A stretch of 15,776 nt of DNA from contig SDNY01000085.1 in assembly GCA_004524535.1 (NCBI GenBank), forward strand, positions 1 to 15,776, given 5' to 3'. The notes under the pieces are model-generated. The model was not told the DNA's origin, did not search any database, and worked only from the letters and a program-made list of their open reading frames with translations. The position numbers were made by a program, and so were the translations under genes. Below, piece after piece: positions 1 to 7,068 of the stretch (position 1 is the stretch's first letter; every line of letters starts with the position of its first letter). Source of the stretch: Promethearchaeota archaeon (GTDB taxonomy: Archaea > Asgardarchaeota > Lokiarchaeia > Sigyniarchaeales > SOKP01).

Positions 1-165
1 AGTGAAGAATGGTCTGAAATAGCAAAACAAGGTTATGATGCATTGCCTTTAACAATGAAAACATACATTCAATTTATAAAAGATGAACTTCAAACAGAAA
101 TCGCAATGATCTCAATTGGACCAGACAGGAATGACACAATAGTATTGGAAGAAGATCTTCTTTAG
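1..165 (+). CDS. purA: Adenylosuccinate synthetase, C-terminal end (gene starts upstream of window)
   Basis: Frame +1 reads SEEWSEIAKQGYDALPLTMKTYIQFIKDELQTEIAMISIGPDRNDTIVLEEDLL*. This matches the PurA C-terminal pattern LP..x..Y+..I.......I..IS.GP.R..T. Not in the ORF track. Confidence 0.9.
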   Translation, partial: SEEWSEIAKQGYDALPLTMKTYIQFIKDELQTEIAMISIGPDRNDTIVLEEDLL

Positions 166-178
166 TTTAAAGAAATTC

Positions 179-185
179 TTTTTTT
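179..185 (+). terminator. Oligo-T tract, candidate archaeal terminator for purA
   Basis: T7 run 14 nt after the purA stop, between convergent genes. Confidence 0.4.
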
Positions 186-194
186 AATAAAACT

Positions 195-752
195 TTATTT
201 AAAGCAAACTAAGCCAAAGCGATAAACATAGCGCTTTGGTGGCCATTCTATTTTTATGTTTAAATTCCTAACTGTTTTATCCACATTGATACCCACGGCT
301 TCCATTGAGTATGTTTTTTTATTTGGATATCGGCACGGCTCTCCGCTGTCATAAGTACAAGCTTTTTTTTCTCTATTACAAATTCTGCAATGCCCGCCCC
401 ATAAAACTAGTTTTTCATCATATTTGCCTTGAAATTTATCTAAAAAATCGTCAATTTCTCTTTCTAAATAATCTCGAACATAATTTTTTCTATAAATAGA
501 GGATCTTATTCGATTTTCATTCCTTTTTGGGTGTTTTTCTTTTATTTTATTTACATATGCTTCTACATCAAATTGATAATATATTAGATAAAATTTTTTA
601 AATTGAGATACTTCATTTTCTAAATATGGGGCTTCAGGAGGGCAAGTCCAAGAATGACCGTAATTAGGACAACGAAATTTAGGATTATTACAATAGGTTT
701 GTACCTCTGGATCAAAAGCAATTTGATCGAATGAGATTTCCGTATAGGGCAT
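195..752 (-). CDS. DUF2284-family predicted metal-binding protein
   Basis: Motifs CPNYGHSWTCPP, GGHCRIC..C..PCRYP and SMEAVGINV are characteristic of DUF2284. Confidence 0.85.
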   Translation of the reverse strand: MPYTEISFDQIAFDPEVQTYCNNPKFRCPNYGHSWTCPPEAPYLENEVSQFKKFYLIYYQFDVEAYVNKIKEKHPKRNENRIRSSIYRKNYVRDYLEREIDDFLDKFQGKYDEKLVLWGGHCRICNREKKACTYDSGEPCRYPNKKTYSMEAVGINVDKTVRNLNIKIEWPPKRYVYRFGLVCFK

Positions 753-839
753 TAATTTCCAATTTTTATTTGGTTTTTGCTAAAATGAATTATAAAAATC
801 AATTAAAAATTATCATTATATTTTATTATCATTCATATA

Positions 840-1790
840 TCATTCATAATAATTTTCGCTTGAATATTTTAATACAAGTGCGTTTGCTATTAAAATGCAA
901 GCACCTCCAATTATCGTATAGATTGAAAATATTTTAAGAAAAATAATAGTGTTGATGGTTGCTACGACAGGCTCGAAATATGCCAATATTAAGATATTAC
1001 CGCCTTTATCATTTTTAACACCTACATTATGTAAGACAAAAGCTAATGCTGTTGGGATTAATCCCAATAAAAGGGCAAAAATTAAATCAACCAAATTTAA
1101 TTTAGGGAGATCTTCAAATCCTAGAGGTAAAAATATTAAGATTAAGAAAAGAGTATGCCACCAAGCTAAAAAAATATCAAAATCTCCTTTTGTTTTTAAA
1201 ATTTCTTGGTTATTATTCCTTTTATTATAAATGACCTTTTTAAAAAAAACAAAAATAGCCAGTGTTAACCCAGAAAGTAAGCCAGTAATTAAACCTAAGG
1301 AAAACACTTGTGATTGTGAGGTCCAAAATTCCATAATTATCGCTACACCGATAATTGCCAAAATAAAGCTTAAAATGGTTATTTTTGATACTTTATCCAT
1401 CTTTGATAATAAAATAAAAATAAGGACAAAAATTCCATTCGTATAAAGTAAAAAAGCTGCAATTGCATAACCATAAAAGATAATGGTAAAAAAATAAAGA
1501 TAGATTATAAAGGGATAGATTAACCCACTAATTATTAAGGGCTTCCAATGTAATTTAATAGATTCTTTCAAAAATTCGAGACTGAATGAACGACTTTTTA
1601 TCATAAATAAGGTTAGAAAAAGAGTCCCAAATAAGCCTCTTAATAAGACAATTGTAAAAATTGAATATTTGCCTAAAAATGTGACAAAAAGGCCGACGCA
1701 TCCCATAAATGAACCTGATAAAAGCATACTGATTTTAGAAATCGCCGGATTGACTTTCGTGTCCTTAGAATCTTCAGCTAAATTATCCAT
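840..1790 (-). CDS. DMT/EamA-family transporter
   Basis: 316 aa with ~10 hydrophobic segments in two repeats; C-terminal motifs GLIPTALAF and YFEPVVA. Confidence 0.88.
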   Translation of the reverse strand: MDNLAEDSKDTKVNPAISKISMLLSGSFMGCVGLFVTFLGKYSIFTIVLLRGLFGTLFLTLFMIKSRSFSLEFLKESIKLHWKPLIISGLIYPFIIYLYFFTIIFYGYAIAAFLLYTNGIFVLIFILLSKMDKVSKITILSFILAIIGVAIIMEFWTSQSQVFSLGLITGLLSGLTLAIFVFFKKVIYNKRNNNQEILKTKGDFDIFLAWWHTLFLILIFLPLGFEDLPKLNLVDLIFALLLGLIPTALAFVLHNVGVKNDKGGNILILAYFEPVVATINTIIFLKIFSIYTIIGGACILIANALVLKYSSENYYE

Positions 1791-1880
1791 TATTTAGGAA
1801 AATTTATGATAACTTTAATTATGTTGGATTTTCAAACGAAGACTTTTGAAATAAATAGACTTATCTCCTAAGGATTGGAT

Positions 1881-1952
1881 TTATATTGGATCAATCCGTT
1901 TTATGAGCAATATTTTATCAAAATCAGAATCATGTGAATATATCTTCTGAAT
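1881..1952 (-). pseudogene. C-terminal remnant of a VapC/PIN toxin
   Basis: Reads IQKIYSHDSDFDKILLIKRIDPI* directly after, and in frame with, the TAG of 1953..2192. IYS.D.DFD...I.R.DP is a typical VapC C-terminus. The N-terminal ~100 codons are absent. Confidence 0.75.
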
Positions 1953-2192
1953 CTATTCCTCTAATGACTTCCACATATTCTTATTTGCTTCTATAGTATC
2001 TACGTTTTTTAATCCACCTGATAATGGATTCTCTAAAATCTCAAGAATATTCTCTTTATTGACCATTTTTTTTCTAAGATCATGACAGAAAATAAGATAA
2101 TCACCAATTTTCATATTGAGCCGATCTGCTTCTTTTTTAATCTCCCACCATTTCTCTTTTAAATCATCATCAATTATAAAATTAATTCTCAT
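1953..2192 (-). CDS. Probable RHH/CopG-like antitoxin (VapB-like)
   Basis: 79 aa. An N-terminal alternating beta strand (MRINFII) is followed by two helices. It sits directly upstream of a PIN remnant and has a palindrome before its start. Confidence 0.6.
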   Translation of the reverse strand: MRINFIIDDDLKEKWWEIKKEADRLNMKIGDYLIFCHDLRKKMVNKENILEILENPLSGGLKNVDTIEANKNMWKSLEE

Positions 2193-2201
2193 GTATATTA
2201 A

Positions 2202-2214
2202 TATGTATTACATA
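2202..2214. promoter_or_regulatory. Palindrome TATGTA-T-TACATA, candidate antitoxin operator
   Basis: Perfect 6-bp inverted repeat 10-22 bp upstream of the ATG at 2192, where TA autorepression sites usually lie. Confidence 0.45.
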
Positions 2215-2267
2215 CTTGAAAATTTAATTTTGTTTTTAAGATATTATCTTTTGGAAAAATCATCTGC

Positions 2268-2291
2268 AGGAGGTAAGTACGAGGATGGATG
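2268..2291. repeat. Degenerate copy C of the G-rich intergenic motif
   Basis: AGGAGGTAAGTACGAGGATGGATG resembles copies A and B. It shares flanks with copy B (GGA.AAAA..CATC before, AAT..AGTGA after). Confidence 0.4.
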
Positions 2292-2338
2292 TAATAAGTG
2301 AAAAATGTATTAAAAATAAGATTTAATTTAAAATTCTA

Positions 2339-2464
2339 TCATTCAAATAAATTTTTATATTTATCTCTGATTTTTTTTAAGAGTTCTTTTTTCTCTTTCT
2401 CATCTATTCTATAAAGTTTTTCTCTTATTTTATGTATCTCTTCTAAAGATTTCTCTTCCTTTAA
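2339..2464 (-). CDS. Small putative antitoxin downstream of PIN toxin (start codon uncertain)
   Basis: Reads (L)KEEKSLEEIHKIREKLYRIDEKEKKELLKKIRDKYKNLFE* and overlaps the PIN stop. EEIHKIRE resembles small partners of this PIN subfamily. The expected start position is TTA; the nearest in-frame TTG is at 2488. Confidence 0.55.
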   Translation of the reverse strand, partial: LKEEKSLEEIHKIREKLYRIDEKEKKELLKKIRDKYKNLFE

Positions 2465-2913
2465 TAAACCATTTCCTCTGGAGTACAAATAATCACATCT
2501 TTTTCATTTAATTTTTCATTAATTTTTTTAACTTGAAGCTTGGTTTTAAATTTTACTATGTGGGTTAAATTCCAACTGATAATTGCATCCATTTTATATT
2601 TGGTTGCGATAGCTATATGGAGGGCATCATTTATATATTTTTTTGGAATAATTCCTTCATTTACATAAATCTCTGCTAATTTTTCAATTTGCTCTGAACT
2701 TTCTAAAGCCTTAATCTTAAATTTCTTAATAACATTTAGTAATAATTCTTTTTTTTGCTCTGTTGCTTGTTCAATTTCTAATAAAACAATATCTGAAATA
2801 AAAACTTCATATTCATCTATTATATTAAAAAATTCTTCTGTAATTTTCATTTTCTCAGGAGCATCTTCAGCAAATAGAAAATTGATTACTGAAGTTTCTA
2901 AATATATTTTCAT
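2461..2913 (-). CDS. PIN-domain (VapC-like) ribonuclease toxin
   Basis: KIYLETSVI, ISDIVLLEI, DALHIAIA and IISWNLTHIV are PIN-fold motifs; 150 aa. Confidence 0.88.
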   Translation of the reverse strand: MKIYLETSVINFLFAEDAPEKMKITEEFFNIIDEYEVFISDIVLLEIEQATEQKKELLLNVIKKFKIKALESSEQIEKLAEIYVNEGIIPKKYINDALHIAIATKYKMDAIISWNLTHIVKFKTKLQVKKINEKLNEKDVIICTPEEMVY

Positions 2914-3085
2914 TATTATTCCTTGCTGTTTTTCAATAATAATATCTTCTATTAGGTTTTTATAATCTTCTATTTATTTACTTTAGTTAAAGATTAAAGT
3001 TCTATTAATTTATCCAAGAACATATTTTTAAATCAAACTATAAGTGAATATTAAATATTAGGAGAAAAAACTACAACCCATCAAA

Positions 3086-3109
3086 AGGGGGCACAACGAA
3101 TAAGGGAGG
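3086..3109. repeat. Copy B of the G-rich intergenic motif
   Basis: AGGGGGCACAACGAATAAGGGAGG shares AGGGGGCAC.ACG and AGGGAGG with 3931-3955. Confidence 0.7.
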
Positions 3110-3278
3110 AAATGGAGTGATATTTTAAAAACGATAAAATTTGAATCTGTATTAGAGCAGAAGGTCCTAATAAAATTTCTTGAATAAGTATTATTTTGTT
3201 CTAATTTTTTTCCATTTATAGAAAACTACATCAAATAAGATTCCAAACTTAGGAGATTTTTAAAATAATTATATAATC

Positions 3279-3564
3279 TTATAATTTTAATAAGCGAATA
3301 CCATGGAATACAGTAATAATTTCGATGTAATCAACTATAATTCTGTAAATTATTCGATAAAATTGAAAGATAATTTCTCTTACTGATAAGATATTGACTT
3401 CAGGTACAACTCTTCCCATATTTGGAAACACCTTCAATCTCTGAACAGCATCATATACCTTTTTAATTAAAAAGATTTGCATAACTTTTAGAATCACGAG
3501 CTATATACTCATGGATCTCATTTAGATCTTCTAAAGAACGTTCCGTCCATTCTATTCGAACCAT
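3279..3564 (-). pseudogene. RelE/ParE-family toxin, frameshifted
   Basis: The ATG at 3564 overlaps the antitoxin end and reads MVRIEWTERSLEDLNEIHEYIARDSKSYANLFN* (TAA 3463-3465). Removing one base joins it to IKKVYDAVQRLKVFPNMGRVVPE..REIIFQFYRIIYRI..EIITVFHG. The span is 286 nt (95 codons + 1). Confidence 0.85.
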
Positions 3565-3737
3565 TTTTCGATAATTTCTTTTGCTTTTTCATTTGAGATT
3601 GTTTTACCTTCGTCAGCATCCTTCAAACCACGGATAATCTTTTCTCTAGCATATAAATGATACATGATATCTTCTAATGTAATATCATCAGGGAGATCTT
3701 TTATCATTTGCATGACATTTTCTTTTTCAGTTGTCAT
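3552..3737 (-). CDS. Antitoxin partner of the RelE/ParE toxin
   Basis: 61 aa with LPDDITLEDIMYHLY..EKI.RGLKDADEGK, typical of RelE/ParE-associated small antitoxins. GAGGT lies upstream of the ATG, and the gene overlaps the toxin start. Confidence 0.8.
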   Translation of the reverse strand: MTTEKENVMQMIKDLPDDITLEDIMYHLYAREKIIRGLKDADEGKTISNEKAKEIIEKWFE

Positions 3738-3930
3738 AATATTTTACCTCAATAAAAAAATCGAATTATAATAATAAAAAATTATTGTTCTAATTATTTT
3801 TTTCTATAATTTAACACTCAAGTAATTTTATACAGTATGAGAGTATTCATTTCTTGATTTTTATTAATGTAAAAACTAACTATCAAATAAATATTCAATA
3901 TAATCAATAGCAAATATCCTCCAAGTTATT

Positions 3931-3955
3931 AGGGGGCACCACGGCGGGAGGGAGG
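3931..3955. repeat. Copy A of the G-rich intergenic motif
   Basis: AGGGGGCACCACGGCGGGAGGGAGG (20/25 G+C) in very AT-rich intergenic DNA, 10 bp after the racemase stop. Confidence 0.7.
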
Positions 3956-3965
3956 TTAAAAGTCT

Positions 3966-5048
3966 TCAAACGAAAACTTTTTTAATAAATGGACTTGTCA
4001 TAGCATGGAGTAAAGCTTCATAATTTAGATCAAATCTTAATTCATTCCCAACTTTATAAGTTTCATTACCTTTTAGATTAACGATAAGATAGTCGCTAGT
4101 CGCACTCATTATCTCAACTTCATCTTTAGGAATTAAACCTTTCTCAATAATATCTTGTCTTCCTATATTTAGAAGTGCTTGAGTTCTAAATTCACTTTTT
4201 TTATTCAAACTACTTTTATTTTCGAAAATTGAAGGTTCTCCAAAAGCGTTTGTAGAAAAAGTTCCTTTAGGAGATAAAGGTTTTTTTTTTAATTCGACAA
4301 TTTCTGCAACTAAAGTAAAGGTATCAGTATATAGTTCCGGAATGGGATCTTCATAAATTCCTTCTAACCCCAATAAAATAGCTGTACCTAGTCTTAAATT
4401 ATTTATTAATCCTACATTATCTGTAGACATTAGCCAATTATAATTAGCGGAGTTGCCACCAGATATAATTTTTAAATTAATTCCCAATTTATGTTGAATT
4501 TCATCAACAATCTCCGAAAATTCATTCATGTTGTTCTCATCAGGTATCACACCTGCAAAACATTTTAGATTTGTACCAATTCCTTGTAATTCAACGCCTT
4601 TTAACTTAATAACTTGTCTAACTATATCTTCTAAATCATTAGGCATTATTCCTTCACGCAAATCACCCATTTCAACCATGAGAATAATTCCATGTTTTTT
4701 TTTATGTCGGATGGATTCTTCAGAAAGTTTTTCAATAGTAGATAATTCGGAATTTAGGCTAATATCCGCATTCTTAACAACTAACGGGACATCGTTAAGA
4801 GAGGGATTTCTTATCAATATAAATTGAGCGTTTATACCAGCTTCTCGCATTCTAATAATATTCTCAATTCTAGAGTCGCCTAAATAATTTATTCCCGCTT
4901 GAACTAATGTTTTAGCAATAGTAGAATTCCCTAAAATAAGTTTAGTTATACCTATAATCGAGATATTTTTTAAGTTTAATATCTGTTTTAAAGATTTCGC
5001 ATTATGGTGGATTTTCTTTAAATTAATTTCTAAATGGGGCAATTTCAC
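3966..5048 (-). CDS. Alanine/ornithine racemase-family PLP-dependent enzyme
   Basis: GITK (PLP lysine), GDSRIENI, MVEMGDLREG, GIGTNL.C, ISGGNS and LRLG.AILLG match the ornithine racemase-like fold-III family. GTG start. Confidence 0.88.
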   Translation of the reverse strand: MKLPHLEINLKKIHHNAKSLKQILNLKNISIIGITKLILGNSTIAKTLVQAGINYLGDSRIENIIRMREAGINAQFILIRNPSLNDVPLVVKNADISLNSELSTIEKLSEESIRHKKKHGIILMVEMGDLREGIMPNDLEDIVRQVIKLKGVELQGIGTNLKCFAGVIPDENNMNEFSEIVDEIQHKLGINLKIISGGNSANYNWLMSTDNVGLINNLRLGTAILLGLEGIYEDPIPELYTDTFTLVAEIVELKKKPLSPKGTFSTNAFGEPSIFENKSSLNKKSEFRTQALLNIGRQDIIEKGLIPKDEVEIMSATSDYLIVNLKGNETYKVGNELRFDLNYEALLHAMTSPFIKKVFV

Positions 5049-5059
5049 AGTCTAATTTC

Positions 5060-5326
5060 TTATTCAGTTTCAATTTCATTATGAGCGGTTGTAGAATCAG
5101 AGTTTTGTATATCTTTATCGAAATACACATAAACCAAAACAACACCAATAATAATTAGCAACATGAAAGGATTTATCCCAATCATTGAAAGAATAAAAAT
5201 TGTGATTGCACTAGCAATTATTATTACATATAAAATGACTTGATTTTTAGTTAAATTTACAGTATCTACTTCTATATCTTGATTCTGATCCTTATTTTTC
5301 TTTTTTATTTTCTCGTCATTCATCAA
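5060..5326 (-). CDS. Small membrane protein (2 predicted TM helices)
   Basis: 88 aa with two hydrophobic stretches, tightly spaced between co-oriented neighbours. Confidence 0.7.
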   Translation of the reverse strand: MMNDEKIKKKNKDQNQDIEVDTVNLTKNQVILYVIIIASAITIFILSMIGINPFMLLIIIGVVLVYVYFDKDIQNSDSTTAHNEIETE

Positions 5327-5356
5327 TTATTTAAAGTTTCCTTTATTTATTAATAA

Positions 5357-6910
5357 TTAGTCAATTTTTGCGCCACAATTTGGGCAGACATTTACATTTT
5401 TTACGGTCATTCCACACATTTTGCACAATTTAACGGAGTCTCTTTTTCTTGGAGGTCTTAATTCAGTTATGGATTTTATTTCCTCTTTATATTCAGGTTC
5501 AATAATTTTAATTGGTTTTTTCTCAGGTTTGAGTTCTACTTCTGTGCCAAAATATCCACCAATCCTTATTTTTTTCATTGGTGGTGGAGGAGGAATTTTT
5601 TGAAGATCTATCTCTATAGGAGGTGAAAAATCAGCTACTTCAAATAATTCAGTTGGTTCCTGTTCAGCTACTTCAAATAATTCAGTTGGTTCCTGTTCAG
5701 CTACTTCAAATAATTCAGTTGGTTCCTGTTCAGGTGCTTCAAATAATTCAAATGGTTCCTGTTCAGGTGCTTCAAATAATTCAAATGGTTCCTGTTCAGG
5801 TGCTTCAAATAATTCAAATGCTTCCTGTTCAGGTGCTTCAAATAGTTCAAATGGAGGAGGCTGTTCTATTTTAGAGTAATCTTCATATTCTATTGCTTCT
5901 TCTATTAATTCTTCCTCTATTAATTCTTCTTCTACTAATTCTTCTTCTACAATATTGTTTACTTCAACTTCTTCGATAGGTGGTATTTCTTGTAGGTCTA
6001 AATCTTTAAAATCTTTTTCATAGATTGAATCAACATAATCTTCATCAAGTTTTAGTAAATTTTCACACTGAGGACAATGAAAAATATGTTTAAACCCAAT
6101 ATTATCTGAAATAGCATAGCCTGCTATACAACAACTATGATATTTTGCACCACAGTTATAGCATTTAAGAATCTCATCAGATTCTTTTCCACAAATAGGG
6201 CATAGCTCGAACTGACAAACTGAGCAAACATTTTCATCTTCTGAGTCAAGTGATATTAAATCTGCTGCCAAACTTTCATAAAAACTTTTATCTTCCTCTA
6301 AAACTTCTTCTTTTTCTACTTTAATTACATTGAATTCTTGTTTACTCTTAACTAACGAGCTAAGTACATAATTGAATGAATTTTTATCACAATAAAATGT
6401 ACCTCCAAAAGTTGTGCTTGTTATAACTTTTATTTTAACGTCATCATCGTAGTGTTCGGCTTCTCCGACACGAATAATATCAATAAATGTTGAAAATTTC
6501 TTTGATTTTATAATTAAATCATACACAGCTTGATGATACTCATCTGAACGGTTTGATGGGGTGTCTGAGAAAATTATGATTCGATAAATTCTATTAATAT
6601 CTGTGCTTTTTCTAAAAATATAAGATAATATTTCAAAAAGCCCATTTTCTATATAGCTTTGGCTTTTTGGCCGGTTATCCCATCCTTCTTCAATTATCTT
6701 AATGATTGAATCAATATCTTTACTATCATATAATGTTATTGGATTTTCTTTTTCTTGAAATATGACAATGCCAAATGATGATTCATTACCATACTTATTT
6801 TTATTTTCAATAAACGATTTAATTTCTTTGATAAGAAATTTTTTATCAATGTAATCTGTGGCTAAATCGATAAATAATATGAATTCCTCCGAGGCCATCT
6901 CCGTTTTCAC
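5357..6910 (-). CDS. vWA-like domain + RING/PHD-like Zn finger + acidic repeats + C-terminal Zn ribbon protein
   Basis: vWA-like strands FILFID, FGIVIF, RIIIFSD, FIDIIRVG and GGTFY. Cys/His cluster CSVC..CPIC..CYNC...YHSCC..CPQC. C-terminal CKMC..CPNCG. GTG start (alternative ATG at 6898). Confidence 0.75.
   Translation of the reverse strand: MKTEMASEEFILFIDLATDYIDKKFLIKEIKSFIENKNKYGNESSFGIVIFQEKENPITLYDSKDIDSIIKIIEEGWDNRPKSQSYIENGLFEILSYIFRKSTDINRIYRIIIFSDTPSNRSDEYHQAVYDLIIKSKKFSTFIDIIRVGEAEHYDDDVKIKVITSTTFGGTFYCDKNSFNYVLSSLVKSKQEFNVIKVEKEEVLEEDKSFYESLAADLISLDSEDENVCSVCQFELCPICGKESDEILKCYNCGAKYHSCCIAGYAISDNIGFKHIFHCPQCENLLKLDEDYVDSIYEKDFKDLDLQEIPPIEEVEVNNIVEEELVEEELIEEELIEEAIEYEDYSKIEQPPPFELFEAPEQEAFELFEAPEQEPFELFEAPEQEPFELFEAPEQEPTELFEVAEQEPTELFEVAEQEPTELFEVADFSPPIEIDLQKIPPPPPMKKIRIGGYFGTEVELKPEKKPIKIIEPEYKEEIKSITELRPPRKRDSVKLCKMCGMTVKNVNVCPNCGAKID
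5631..5854. repeat. 33-bp coding tandem repeat, ~6.8 copies
   Basis: 3x TCAGCTACTTCAAATAATTCAGTTGGTTCCTGT, then ~3.8x TCAGGTGCTTCAAATAATTCAAATGGTTCCTGT. Encodes FELFEAPEQEP / TELFEVAEQEP on the minus strand. Confidence 0.97.
5897..5950. repeat. 15-bp coding tandem repeat, ~3.6 copies
   Basis: TTCTTCTATTAATTC-like units encoding EEEL(V/I) on the minus strand. Confidence 0.85.
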
Positions 6911-7068
6911 TACATCTCCAGTTTTTTATTAGAGTTTAATTGAATTTAAAATAGACTTATAAAAAACATATTACTCTTTTTATTTAATTTTATATTTTAA
7001 TTAAATAGAAAAAAAATAAATTCTTTTTGATATAAGTAAAATTGTTATAGAGAGAGATTGAACATCAA

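Noticed and set aside
1953-1955. Pyrrolysine or genome-wide stop-codon reassignment
   Set aside because: The three stops with in-frame continuations are different codons (TAG, TAA, TGA), and all three codons end normal genes in this window. TAG read-through here would give only a PIN fragment.
1863-3258. Inverted pair TCCAA..CTTAGGAGAT (1863-1879 and 3242-3257) as transposon ends
   Set aside because: Only ~10 bp match exactly, no target-site duplication or transposase is evident, and the match is plausible by chance.
3279-3497. 72-aa ORF as a standalone gene
   Set aside because: It is the 3' half of the frameshifted RelE/ParE toxin that starts at 3564.
3900-3945. tRNA gene ending in GGGGGCACCA
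   Set aside because: There is no T-loop (GTTCRA) or cloverleaf upstream; only the 10-nt resemblance remains.
3870-3965. Integron attC site (minus strand TTTTAAC...GTTAGTT after the racemase stop)
   Set aside because: The ends fit RYYYAAC/GTTRRRY poorly, the interior arms are not complementary, and the other TA spacers show no equivalent.
5631-5854. 33-bp repeats as a CRISPR array
   Set aside because: The units are head-to-tail with no unique spacers, their length is a multiple of 3, they lie inside a CDS, and there are no cas genes.
6921-6967. Inverted repeat GTTTTTTAT/ATAAAAAAC in the divergent promoter
   Set aside because: Low-complexity A/T arms are expected by chance at this base composition.
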